A stretch of DNA of 47,832 bases from a virus. Its lineage: Duplodnaviria > Caudoviricetes. The notes beneath the pieces were generated by a model that was not told where the DNA came from, did not search any database, and was given only the letters and a program-made list of their open reading frames with translations. Shown in pieces: positions 1-8,803 of the stretch. Location of the stretch: IMG/VR virus record IMGVR_UViG_3300044558_000057, positions 1 to 47,832 of that record. One strand, written 5' to 3'. How positions within the stretch are numbered: the first letter of the stretch is position 1; the number at the start of each line of letters is the position of its first letter. A program made the position numbers and the translations under genes.

Positions 1-345
1 GGTATCCCCATTCAATACCCGTGGAATCTCTAACGCCATTTCCTGAGAGACAGTAAACTCAAGAGGATAGCATTCCGGATAAAGATTATTCTTATATATG
101 GTTACTTGAAGCTCGTCTTCTTTTATGGCATCTTCTACACGGTTTCTTATAAGGGAGTACTCTTCATAAGTAATCCAGACTTCTGATGCTGGCTCCATTA
201 ACAACCCCATCTCAAGTTTTTTCCGTGTCTGTTTATCAAATTTGAGTACGTCTTTTTTATCATCAATAGAAGTGTTAACTAAAGGTGTAGCTTCAAGCTG
301 ACTTAAGAAATTCTTATCAAAGCCTTTATAAATAACCAGTTTCAT
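1..345 (-). CDS. Hypothetical protein, N-terminal part (runs off the window edge); AT-rich flanking gene
   Basis: ATG at 345 with GGAGAAGG upstream; open frame MKLVIYKGFDKNFLSQLEATP... to position 1; missing from the ORF track because no stop lies in the window. Confidence 0.75.
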   Translation of the reverse strand, partial: MKLVIYKGFDKNFLSQLEATPLVNTSIDDKKDVLKFDKQTRKKLEMGLLMEPASEVWITYEEYSLIRNRVEDAIKEDELQVTIYKNNLYPECYPLEFTVSQEMALEIPRVLNGDT

Positions 346-495
346 ATGCCTTCTCCATAAAGTCTCTTCAAAATAAAACGTGGCGCACAGAGCCTCAGCT
401 CCATACTCCACGCAAACGTGTGCTCGATATGAATGGAAGCCCCCGCCCATTACCTCTTCCTCCCCAATATAACAGATTTCTGTTATTCCCTCCAC

Positions 496-533
496 AAAAA
501 TAAAATAAGGGCCTCCGCACCAGCAGAAACCCT
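496..533 (-). terminator. Intrinsic terminator after recombinase operon
   Basis: Minus strand AGGGTTTCTGC-TGGT-GCGGAGGCCCT stem (G-U pairs) followed by TATTTTATTTTT. Confidence 0.6.
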
Positions 534-549
534 TTCTCCTTCTTTACAG

Positions 550-2118
550 CTAAACCCTGATCTCCGTCCCATCCTTCATGGTCACCCGTATGTCTGTCTT
601 CGTGAACACCGTCATGTGGTCTACGAATTCCCCCCACTGGCGTTCCGAAAACTCCTGCACCGGGCCGGTTGCTTTCTCCAGCAAACTGATCACCCGGCCC
701 AATTCATCCCGACGTCGCTTCTTTGTTTCAATCTCTCCGGTGACCTTTGCCATCTGCTCCTCTGCTTTCCGATACCGGGTTTCGAGGTCGCCGTATTCCT
801 GTTGGAATTCGTTCTGGTCCATCGTCACCCGGGCGTTCTTCTCCACCAGTTTTTTTGCGGCCTCGTTCACGATTTCCATCTCGTTCTCTAATGAGGTTTT
901 CTGCTTCTCCAGTTCAGTGGTATCACAGAGCAGCTGCTGAGCCATCTTTGCATCTGCAATCTCATTGTCCTTCCCGGCGATGAACTTGTTCAGGGCTTTC
1001 ACAAACGCTTCCATTATTTCATCTTCCATAAGGTGTGGGGTTTCGCACCGATGGTCCTTGTCCCTGAATTTCTGGTTGCACTGCCAGATGACCCGACGGT
1101 ACTTGTCATTCGAATGCCAGACTTTTGAACCGAATGGGTGGCCGCATTCCCCACAGATGATTTTGGAGGAGAAGATGCTCACCCCGCTGTAATGGTGGGT
1201 CCGCTGGTTCCTCCTCGCACGTTCATCCTGCGCTTTCTGGAAAATATCCGGGTCAATGATCGCCTCGTGGCTTTTCTCGATGTAGTACTGCGGAAGTTCC
1301 CCGTTATTCTTCTTGTGCTTCTTCGTCAGAAAATCTTCGGTGAATGTCTTCTGCAGGAGGGCCGAGCCTTTGTATTTCTCATTCGTGAGGATGCTTTTAA
1401 TCAGTGACCGGTGCCATGTTGTTTTCCCGCCCGGGGAAAGAATGCCCTTCTCCATGAGCCTGTTGCAGATAGCCTGCTCTGACAATCCTTCAAGGTAAAG
1501 CCGGTAGATGCTCTTTACAATTTTCGCTTCTTCCGGGATCATCTGCATTCCTTTTCCATAGCCAAGGAACCGCTTGTAATTGACGCTTACCTTCCCGTCT
1601 CGCATGCCTTTCCTTTTGCCCCATGCGACGTTCTCAGAAATGCTCCGGGATTCCTCCTGCGCCAGTGAGCTCATGATGGTGATCAGGACCTCGCCCTTGG
1701 AATCCATTGTCCAGATGTTCTCTTTCTCGAAATAAATCTCAACCCCGCATTCCTTCAGTTCCCGGATAGTTGTCAGGGAATCGACCGTGTTCCGTGCGAA
1801 GCGGCTGACCGACTTTGTGAGGATCAGGTCAACCTTCCCGGCTTTCGCATCCCGGACCATGGAATTGAACCCGGCACGATGCTTGGTGTTTGTACCGCTG
1901 ATTCCTTCATCGGAATACATCCCGGCAAATTCCCAGTCATCATGGGCTTTGATGTAACTTGTGTAGTAATCCAGCTGCGCCTCGTAGGAAGTTAGCTGTT
2001 CGTCATGATCGGTGGAAACCCTTGCGTACCCACAGACTCTTCGCTTTGTTTTCCTGCTGAGGGGCTGGGCCGTAAACCGGTCAACTTTCGCCGGGATTAC
2101 CGTAACTCTCTTAGTCAT
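550..2118 (-). CDS. Large serine recombinase (resolvase + recombinase + zinc-ribbon/coiled coil)
   Basis: YARVST catalytic motif, KSVSRFARN, LTNEKYKG, ICGECG zinc ribbon. Confidence 0.95.
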   Translation of the reverse strand: MTKRVTVIPAKVDRFTAQPLSRKTKRRVCGYARVSTDHDEQLTSYEAQLDYYTSYIKAHDDWEFAGMYSDEGISGTNTKHRAGFNSMVRDAKAGKVDLILTKSVSRFARNTVDSLTTIRELKECGVEIYFEKENIWTMDSKGEVLITIMSSLAQEESRSISENVAWGKRKGMRDGKVSVNYKRFLGYGKGMQMIPEEAKIVKSIYRLYLEGLSEQAICNRLMEKGILSPGGKTTWHRSLIKSILTNEKYKGSALLQKTFTEDFLTKKHKKNNGELPQYYIEKSHEAIIDPDIFQKAQDERARRNQRTHHYSGVSIFSSKIICGECGHPFGSKVWHSNDKYRRVIWQCNQKFRDKDHRCETPHLMEDEIMEAFVKALNKFIAGKDNEIADAKMAQQLLCDTTELEKQKTSLENEMEIVNEAAKKLVEKNARVTMDQNEFQQEYGDLETRYRKAEEQMAKVTGEIETKKRRRDELGRVISLLEKATGPVQEFSERQWGEFVDHMTVFTKTDIRVTMKDGTEIRV

Positions 2119-3388
2119 AGCTTCCCTCCTTCTTCGGACGCCCGGTGTGCTGTCTCCTTCGATGAAGCTGGTAGGTTCTCTCTTCTCCGTCTTTCAGGAA
2201 GATGTGTAAAATATCATCTGACCCAACTTCCATGTGGTCGACTGCAGCTTTGTACTTTTCTTCTGAGAATTCCGGGATCCCGATGGCCTCGGCGGCATGG
2301 GCCTCCAGTTCTGATTCCAGCGGTGCCGCCACGTCACACTTCCCGCCATTTCTTTTGCAGGTCCACACCGGCGCCTTTGTTCCTCTACTCCGTTTAATCA
2401 TCTCCCGGTGCATGTACCTGCCGCATCCCAGACAGATTATGTTTTCACTGAAGCAATTTTTTGTCACTCGCCTATTCACGTATCGCCCAAGCTCAGCATT
2501 CTCTTCGCATTTCTTCTTGGTCTTCTCAAAGAGTTCTCGGTCAATAATGGCTTCATGGGCATCCTCGCAATAGTACATGGTCCGCTCTCCCTTGTTCTTC
2601 TTTCTCTCATGTTTCAGGGGATCCGTGCAGTAATATTTCCCGAGGAGCAGGTCCCCGGCGTAGAACTCGTTGTGCAGCATCCGGTAGATTGTCGTCGATG
2701 TCCATTTCCCGCCGCGTTGGCCCGGGATCGCAAGGCCGTTCAGCTTATCCCTGATCTGGTAGGTGGTAAGTCCATTCTCCGCAAAGTCCCGGAATATCAT
2801 CTCCACCACTTTCGCCTGCTCAGGGGCAATGCTTACGATGCCCTTTTTGTATTTATACCCGTAAGGGACGCTCCCGCAGGTCATCTCACCTTTTTCCTGT
2901 GTTTTCCTCTTCGACCACTGTATGCTTTCCGACATTCCCCGGCTCTCTTCCTGAGCAAATGACGCGTAAATCGTGAGCATCAGTTCCCCGTCGCCACTCA
3001 GGGTGTTGATATGTTGCTCTTCAAATCGGACTTCAATTCCAAGCTCCCTCAGGTGCCTGACCGTGTTCAGCATGTCCAAGGTATTCCGGGCAAACCTGCT
3101 GATGGATTTTGTAAGGATGATGTCAATCTTCCCGGCATCGCAGTCGGCAATCATCCGCTGGAACTCGGGGCGCCTCGTGGCGTCGGTTCCGGTAATGCCT
3201 TCATCCGCATACACACCGGCGTAATCCCACTCCGGGTTCTTCTGGATAAGGCTGCTGTAATAGCTGATCTGGTTTGCAACGGAATGCATTAGCCGCTCAG
3301 AATCCTTTGAAACACGGCAATAGGCAGCCACACGTTTCTTCCTTCCGAAGCCCTGCTTTCTGGCTTCGATTTTTACTACTTCTGGCAT
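2111..3388 (-). CDS. Large serine recombinase
   Basis: YCRVSK, KSISRFARN, LHNEFYAG, CLGCG; start MPEVVK at 3388 has an AAGGAGG RBS. Confidence 0.93.
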   Translation of the reverse strand: MPEVVKIEARKQGFGRKKRVAAYCRVSKDSERLMHSVANQISYYSSLIQKNPEWDYAGVYADEGITGTDATRRPEFQRMIADCDAGKIDIILTKSISRFARNTLDMLNTVRHLRELGIEVRFEEQHINTLSGDGELMLTIYASFAQEESRGMSESIQWSKRKTQEKGEMTCGSVPYGYKYKKGIVSIAPEQAKVVEMIFRDFAENGLTTYQIRDKLNGLAIPGQRGGKWTSTTIYRMLHNEFYAGDLLLGKYYCTDPLKHERKKNKGERTMYYCEDAHEAIIDRELFEKTKKKCEENAELGRYVNRRVTKNCFSENIICLGCGRYMHREMIKRSRGTKAPVWTCKRNGGKCDVAAPLESELEAHAAEAIGIPEFSEEKYKAAVDHMEVGSDDILHIFLKDGEERTYQLHRRRQHTGRPKKEGSYD

Positions 3389-3431
3389 TTTCTGCCTCCT
3401 TTCCATGTTTCATATTTGCTCTGTGCTTTGC

Positions 3432-3608
3432 TTATAGCAACGATGGATCGGAGAATAAACTGCCGAATCTTGGCCGGTACTTAGCCTGCATCTTTGTATC
3501 AATTATGGCGTACTCATCCTCCGTAATAAGGCCGGTTTCCAGCCATTTCCGGAACATGTTCATTGAGGATTCATATTGGGCGGTACGTTTCATTTCATCA
3601 TGTTTCAT
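3432..3608 (-). CDS. Small SHOCT-like protein upstream of recombinases (possible recombination accessory factor)
   Basis: LETGLITEDEY motif; position directly before tandem serine recombinases; GGGGGCGG upstream of ATG 3608. Confidence 0.7.
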   Translation of the reverse strand: MKHDEMKRTAQYESSMNMFRKWLETGLITEDEYAIIDTKMQAKYRPRFGSLFSDPSLL

Positions 3609-3999
3609 CAGCACCGCCCCCGAAACGATCCAGTACATAGCAATTGTGGCAGCAATATTTCCGTTTCCTGTTTCCATATACTTCGAATGTCTTTCCGCAG
3701 TATTTGCACTGGTATGTATGAAATGATTTTCGATGCACTTCATTAAGGTGCGTGTTCCACCAATGCCACCGGCATTTATCAGAGCAGAATTTGATCTTCC
3801 TGACTCCCGGCTTCTGCACGATCTGCTTCCCGCAGTTCAGGCATCGTGTTCCGTCTCCTGAACCTGACCCGTTCAAATTGTTCCGCTTGCAGAATGATTG
3901 CACTGTGCTGACAGGGATCCCCAGTTCTGCCGAGATTGCCTTGTATCCTTTCCCTTTGATCCTAAGTTCCCGAATGATTCGCTTTTCGTAGTCGGTCAT
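3598..3999 (-). CDS. HTH plus Cys-rich zinc-binding DNA-binding protein
   Basis: GYKAISAELGIPVSTVQSFC HTH; CLNC...FCSDKC, CKYC...YCCHNC; AGGAGG RBS. Confidence 0.8.
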   Translation of the reverse strand: MTDYEKRIIRELRIKGKGYKAISAELGIPVSTVQSFCKRNNLNGSGSGDGTRCLNCGKQIVQKPGVRKIKFCSDKCRWHWWNTHLNEVHRKSFHTYQCKYCGKTFEVYGNRKRKYCCHNCYVLDRFGGGADET

Positions 4000-4012
4000 C
4001 TCAACCACCTCC

Positions 4013-4036
4013 TACTACAAGCCCGATTTAACAACC
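4013..4036 (-). promoter_or_regulatory. 24-bp phage motif, copy 1 of 7
   Basis: Plus strand TACTACAAGCCCGATTTAACAACC, abutting the RBS of 3598-3999. Confidence 0.75.
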
Positions 4037-4054
4037 ACACGAACCGGAGGCATA

Positions 4055-4097
4055 AAAATAAGGCCCGCAGGCAACTTGTTAAAATCGCCTGTGGGCC
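4055..4097 (-). terminator. Intrinsic terminator after endolysin
   Basis: GGCCCACAGGC...GCCTGCGGGCC stem then TTATTTT on minus strand. Confidence 0.65.
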
Positions 4098-4103
4098 GGT
4101 TTG

Positions 4104-5072
4104 TTATTTCACCCTGATCTTCCATCCCGCCTGAATCCGGTTCACGTTCCGGATTAGTGAAGAGTTGAGCTTCTGAATCGCTGTCACAGTCGTTCCGTAC
4201 TTTCTGGCGATTGCTGAGAGCGTATCACCTCTCTGCACCGTATAGTAAACAGCCTGCGGTCTGCTCTGTGCGTGGAGCAGCGCATTCACCTTTGCCTGAA
4301 CAGCAGCATAGTCATACCCGGCAGTTGTGATATGGTTCTTACGATCCTCACCATTACCCCATTTCCCTGCAAGAACCTCGTGGGCAAGTTCATCCACTGT
4401 CTTTTTGGGATGGACCGGAGTGACCGGCTGGGTTGCAGCTACCCGCTTTGCGTATCCGTTGAATCCACCCGCTTTGATAATGGAGGGATAATCCTGATAG
4501 GAAATATCCATGTCCACGTTGCCGTTGATGCCGCTCACCCGTTCGGATGACGAATACTGCCATAAGCCGTAAGCCCCACCATATTCGCATTTCGTAGCAT
4601 ACTGTGCTACCCAGTGAGTAAATGGCGTGAGTTTGGAATCTTCCAGCCGGTCCCGGAACCCTGAATAAGTGGAACTGTAGATTCCTGCATAATAACCTGC
4701 CGTCTCCAGCTCTCTGCAGAAAGCAATCGCTGCTTCCGTAGCGCCGGCCTTCTCATTTGCCGTTGTCGCTTCAACATCCATGAACACCGGATATTCGAGC
4801 TGCTTTCCCGTTAGCTGCGCGAGAAAACGCCCCGCATCGGCGCGACCCGCTTCTGCTGAAGTGCAGGCAGGACCAACGAAATAGTACGCGCCGACAGCGA
4901 TGCCGTTTTCCTTGGCACCGCGATAGTTCTCTTCCCATCTGGGATCGGTATAGAGCCCGTCATCCGACCCACCGGCCTTGATGATGGCAAACTGAACACC
5001 AGCAGCCTTCACCTTCGCCCAATCGATATGTCCCTGCCAGTGGCTGACATCGATACCTTTGAACTCACTCAT
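4104..5072 (-). CDS. Endolysin: GH25 muramidase + CW_7-like repeat + LysM
   Basis: GIDVSHWQG, DVE, WQYSS, NVDMD; EVLAGKWGNGEDRK; YTVQRGDTLSAIARKY. Confidence 0.95.
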   Translation of the reverse strand: MSEFKGIDVSHWQGHIDWAKVKAAGVQFAIIKAGGSDDGLYTDPRWEENYRGAKENGIAVGAYYFVGPACTSAEAGRADAGRFLAQLTGKQLEYPVFMDVEATTANEKAGATEAAIAFCRELETAGYYAGIYSSTYSGFRDRLEDSKLTPFTHWVAQYATKCEYGGAYGLWQYSSSERVSGINGNVDMDISYQDYPSIIKAGGFNGYAKRVAATQPVTPVHPKKTVDELAHEVLAGKWGNGEDRKNHITTAGYDYAAVQAKVNALLHAQSRPQAVYYTVQRGDTLSAIARKYGTTVTAIQKLNSSLIRNVNRIQAGWKIRVK

Positions 5073-5181
5073 AATCTTCTCCTCTTTCTCAAAAAGAAAA
5101 GCCCTTCGGGTTGTGATGCCCAGAGAGCCAGATGCGCTCCATTGACGGAAGGAGCAGCCGGGATATGAGGATCACCTCCTC

Positions 5182-5451
5182 TCACTGATTCGCATTAATC
5201 AGCTGCTTGTAGATCTGGTTGACGCCAGTCGCGGCAAGACCGGATACGATACCAACGGCCAGTGCGTTGATCACATCCTTTGCTGGGAAGTCAGGCATCA
5301 GATACAGTCCTGCAATGCCAAGCACGGCGCCGACACAACCGCAGATCACCGGTATAAGTTCATCCTTTACGGAGCCTGCTGCCTTGCAGCCAATGCCGAC
5401 CAGATAGGCAATCACGGTAATTGCCGCAACACTTGCAATTCCAAAATCCAT
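5182..5451 (-). CDS. Holin
   Basis: 89 aa with three hydrophobic segments, GIVSGLAATGVNQIYKQ, upstream of endolysin. Confidence 0.88.
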   Translation of the reverse strand: MDFGIASVAAITVIAYLVGIGCKAAGSVKDELIPVICGCVGAVLGIAGLYLMPDFPAKDVINALAVGIVSGLAATGVNQIYKQLINANQ

Positions 5452-5453
5452 AG

Positions 5454-5780
5454 CTACTTCACCTCCTTCTTTTTGTCTGCCGTAAGCGGCAGTTCCAGAC
5501 ACTTCTTATACAGGGACTCACCAGTGCCATTACCGCCGAGTGCCTTGTACGGCTTGTACAGGTACTCGAGGTTGCTCCGGTCATCCGGAGAGCACCATCC
5601 CCGGGCAATAAAAAAGCTGCAGGCCTGAAAGATCCGGTCATGCAGCAGTGCCATCATTCCTTCTTTGATTTCGTCATTCTCCTGTTTCCTTCGAAGCAGC
5701 ACCCGCCACAGCCATGTGATGACGGCGATGATCAGGGCGAAGAGCTCCTGAATCCAGTATTTAAAGATAAAATCAACCAA
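5454..5780 (-). CDS. Holin-associated single-TM protein
   Basis: N-terminal TM, ALLHDRI...YKPYKALGGNG motif typical of lysis cassettes; TTG start inferred from GGAGGT spacing. Confidence 0.75.
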   Translation of the reverse strand: MVDFIFKYWIQELFALIIAVITWLWRVLLRRKQENDEIKEGMMALLHDRIFQACSFFIARGWCSPDDRSNLEYLYKPYKALGGNGTGESLYKKCLELPLTADKKKEVK

Positions 5781-5794
5781 TGGAATCACCTCCC

Positions 5795-6634
5795 TTAATC
5801 TTCTACATACACCATGAGATATTTGTACTTGAGCGTTGCCTGATTGTATGCCATCAGGGTTGTCTCATCATTGGCAACACCATCGGCAAATTTGAAATGC
5901 CCGATCTGGTCTGCATCCGGATAGCTCGTCGTACCATTGTCTCCGTTATCCACGATGCATTTTCCCGTCGTCGCATAGAACCGGAAACCATTGTAGGTAT
6001 CCATATCGATCGACAGGGTTCCATCCGAAAGCTGCACCTCGACAACTTTCAGACGGATATCCGGATCACTCTTGCCAATGGAGGCCTTGCTTATATGAAC
6101 CGCGCTGTTTGCCCTGTAGGTAACAAATCCATTTCCATCATCGATATCCAGCGCAAGTTTCGTCACTGCAGCGACATTCTTGATATGATCGAAGGAAGGT
6201 TTTGTGACTTCCGTGACATCTCCGCTGGATCCTCCTGAGCCAGAGGTCGGCAGAGTCAGGACCTGCTTGGTACCCGCTGAGGACCGGATCGTAAGCTGTC
6301 CATCGCTCAACTCAAATGTGTAAGTGGTATCCGTAAAGACTGCTCCTTCCGGTACATCCGTTTTCACGGAATGTCCTCCGAGAGCGTCCGTGTTTGCCTT
6401 CACCGCAGCTTTGACTTCAGAGTCGTCATAGGCAGAATCCGTAAAAACCGCATTCTCCGGAACATCACAGGATACGGTATGGCCATTCACCTTGGCGGCA
6501 TTGTCAACAATTCCATCGCCATCCGCATCAAACTTTGAGAATGTTTCTTCCGCTGTGATCAACTGGTTTACTGCTTCGCAGAGCCGCTGGATCACCTTGT
6601 GTACTCCACCGTACTGGATTTTCTTAATCGACAT
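5795..6634 (-). CDS. Putative tail fibre/tail-tip protein with internal repeat
   Basis: Last gene of tail module; DADGDG motif; two GHxVxxDVPExAVFTD repeats; GSGGSSG linker. Confidence 0.6.
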   Translation of the reverse strand: MSIKKIQYGGVHKVIQRLCEAVNQLITAEETFSKFDADGDGIVDNAAKVNGHTVSCDVPENAVFTDSAYDDSEVKAAVKANTDALGGHSVKTDVPEGAVFTDTTYTFELSDGQLTIRSSAGTKQVLTLPTSGSGGSSGDVTEVTKPSFDHIKNVAAVTKLALDIDDGNGFVTYRANSAVHISKASIGKSDPDIRLKVVEVQLSDGTLSIDMDTYNGFRFYATTGKCIVDNGDNGTTSYPDADQIGHFKFADGVANDETTLMAYNQATLKYKYLMVYVED

Positions 6635-7415
6635 TGAAGTATGCCTCCTCCCGCTTCTGTGCACCGGCGTTTCGGGAGGTGTACCGTTCGAGATCAGTGA
6701 GAATCTGGTCAGTCGTATTCAGACGATCCACCAGCTTGTAACTGTCAATATACGGGTCAAAGTACGAAAGATTTTCAGGTTCAATGTACGAGGTGTCCCG
6801 CATATCACGAATGCTTTTTCTGCACTGACTCGTGGCAGCCATCTCCGCTTCCCGGCTTGTGGCAAACCAATGTGCATCGTGCCATTTGCAGTTCCAGTAG
6901 CAATCCGTGTTCGGTATCAGGATGTAGTTGTACTTTTTAGGCAGAGACTTCACCGCATCAAGGTGACGGGAAAACCAGTAGAACAGAACGATATGGTCGT
7001 ACATGGAGAGGTCCCGGCTCTTGATATCCGTCTCCGTCAGAGCACTGGTAATGGATAGAGTGATTGAAATGTCCGGATGCCTGCTCTTTGCCGCTATCGC
7101 AAGTGCATGGTCACTGATCGTGAAGATCCGGATACCAAGGTCGTAATACTTCTCCAACACATCCAGTGTCGCATTTCTCTGCATCAGAACACAGAGCGGA
7201 AGCCCGAGCTGCTGCAGGCATTTCAGGCGCAGGACGTATTCGTCATAGGATTTCGGGTACTCCTCCCTTGTCTCGATGTCCTGCCGCGTACTGGTGGCAT
7301 CCTCCTTCCATGCCGGTAGATAGATACAGCGGATATATGAAAAAAGCTCTCGTCTGCGGGAGAGCTTCGGGATAAAGTCATAGGAAAAGTTGTATGGTAC
7401 TTCGTACTGCTTCAT
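6624..7415 (-). CDS. Peptidase U32-like (putative Fe-S/TIM-barrel) protein
   Basis: ITLSIT, LIPNTDCYWNC..H, YIEPENLSYF, YKLVDR resemble U32-family motifs; TGATG overlap with upstream tail gene. Confidence 0.6.
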   Translation of the reverse strand: MKQYEVPYNFSYDFIPKLSRRRELFSYIRCIYLPAWKEDATSTRQDIETREEYPKSYDEYVLRLKCLQQLGLPLCVLMQRNATLDVLEKYYDLGIRIFTISDHALAIAAKSRHPDISITLSITSALTETDIKSRDLSMYDHIVLFYWFSRHLDAVKSLPKKYNYILIPNTDCYWNCKWHDAHWFATSREAEMAATSQCRKSIRDMRDTSYIEPENLSYFDPYIDSYKLVDRLNTTDQILTDLERYTSRNAGAQKREEAYFNVD

Positions 7416-8803
7416 CAGGCGTCCTCCTTGTCCGTCAGTGTGTAGGTGATCTTCATGGTCTGCGAGGCATTCTTTGTTACCGGGGACGACAGGTTGTTGA
7501 TCGTGCCAAGGTAGGCACATCGGAGCGCCGTCCGGATCCGGTCATTGTCGTAATAGCCGTCGTAATGATAGGTTGCGAGGATCTTCCCATCTGAGTTGAG
7601 AATACACGGCATCGCAACAGCCGCTCCGTTCACAGCCTCTTCTGAGTGCGTACCATCCGGATATAAAAATCCGGTCTTGTAATAGGTACTCCCATCTTTC
7701 TGGTATCCGTACTGATACTGAATGCCACCGTTATAGAGCATCGGAGACATGCAATCAAAGGAGCCGCCGTTATCGAAGGTAAAGACTTTGATATCCACCG
7801 TATTCGTCAGGTTTACGATGTAGATGCTGTGGCTGTCATAAGATCTGGCATAGAGGTATCCCCTGTTGATAACGATTGAATACTCATTCCGCGAAGCCAG
7901 ATGCACACCAGCGAGAGTGATCACTTCCTCCTGCTGCTTCTCAAAAGAAAGATCAGATATCTTGTACTTCGTGTTGTAGAGCTTTGCGTCATCCTTCTCA
8001 TTTCCCTCATCGTAATAATAGTTGTAGTAGGTGTTGCCGTAAGAGGTATAGCTACTAACCCGGTTGTTTTGCGTGATGAGATAGAGGTAGCCATCAGTAC
8101 CGGGCATCCAGTATTTTGCAGGCCCGATATTACTAAAATTCTTATAGTCAGGAAGGGCCAGTGTCGTTACGGTCTCATACGGAAGGGTAAAAGAGCCATA
8201 GGTCAGGTCAGCCACCTTCACCGCATAGGGATCAAACCTTCCGCGCTGGACTGTGACACCATCCGCATTCAGCCAGTAGACAAACTCATCCTTAACGAAG
8301 AACGGTCTCCCGTTATGCTCCTTGCTTTCGATGGTATCCATGTCACAGAAAAAGTCGCCGCAGACCTGTCTCTGGAAGGGATTCACACCGGCATAGGCGC
8401 TTGTCAGGGCAACCGACTGGATGGTTCCGTTTGCCTGTGCGGTACCAAAGTCCCATACGGAAACATAGCCTGTATCGGTCTTGTGTGTTTCGATGGCATT
8501 TAAGGAACCACGCATTGCATCATCGGTATTGGTATCCCGGGAAGCATAGCCGACCAGCTTAGCCTCCGTCGGGAAGTTCGTATTGTTCACATCCTCGGTA
8601 AGCTTTCCATCAAAAAGCATGATGCCGCCAAGAGCATTCTTTGCAATAGGAAAGACATTGCTGTTCATCGATCTTCCGATCATCGTCTGGAAAGCGATCA
8701 GTTCCTGCACCGCATTGGTGACAAGATTATCCTTCTCATATTTGAGTTCGCACTCTCCTGTCTTCGCGTTAAAGAGCTCAATTTTTGTATGTCCCTTGAT
8801 CAT
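7415..8803 (-). CDS. Tail-tip/receptor-binding protein
   Basis: KDNLVTN N-terminus, WDFGTAQANGTIQSVALT, C-terminal TINNLSSPVTKNASQTMKITYTL; Tyr/Asn-rich insert. Confidence 0.7.
   Translation of the reverse strand: MIKGHTKIELFNAKTGECELKYEKDNLVTNAVQELIAFQTMIGRSMNSNVFPIAKNALGGIMLFDGKLTEDVNNTNFPTEAKLVGYASRDTNTDDAMRGSLNAIETHKTDTGYVSVWDFGTAQANGTIQSVALTSAYAGVNPFQRQVCGDFFCDMDTIESKEHNGRPFFVKDEFVYWLNADGVTVQRGRFDPYAVKVADLTYGSFTLPYETVTTLALPDYKNFSNIGPAKYWMPGTDGYLYLITQNNRVSSYTSYGNTYYNYYYDEGNEKDDAKLYNTKYKISDLSFEKQQEEVITLAGVHLASRNEYSIVINRGYLYARSYDSHSIYIVNLTNTVDIKVFTFDNGGSFDCMSPMLYNGGIQYQYGYQKDGSTYYKTGFLYPDGTHSEEAVNGAAVAMPCILNSDGKILATYHYDGYYDNDRIRTALRCAYLGTINNLSSPVTKNASQTMKITYTLTDKEDA

Noticed and set aside
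395-430. Remnant of an rlmD 3' end as integration target
   Set aside because: Only a vague CACGT/GTGGAG similarity; no HVET-type coding match
5795-8803. Possible diversity-generating retroelement target in tail genes
   Set aside because: No reverse transcriptase and no template/variable repeat pair seen in the window
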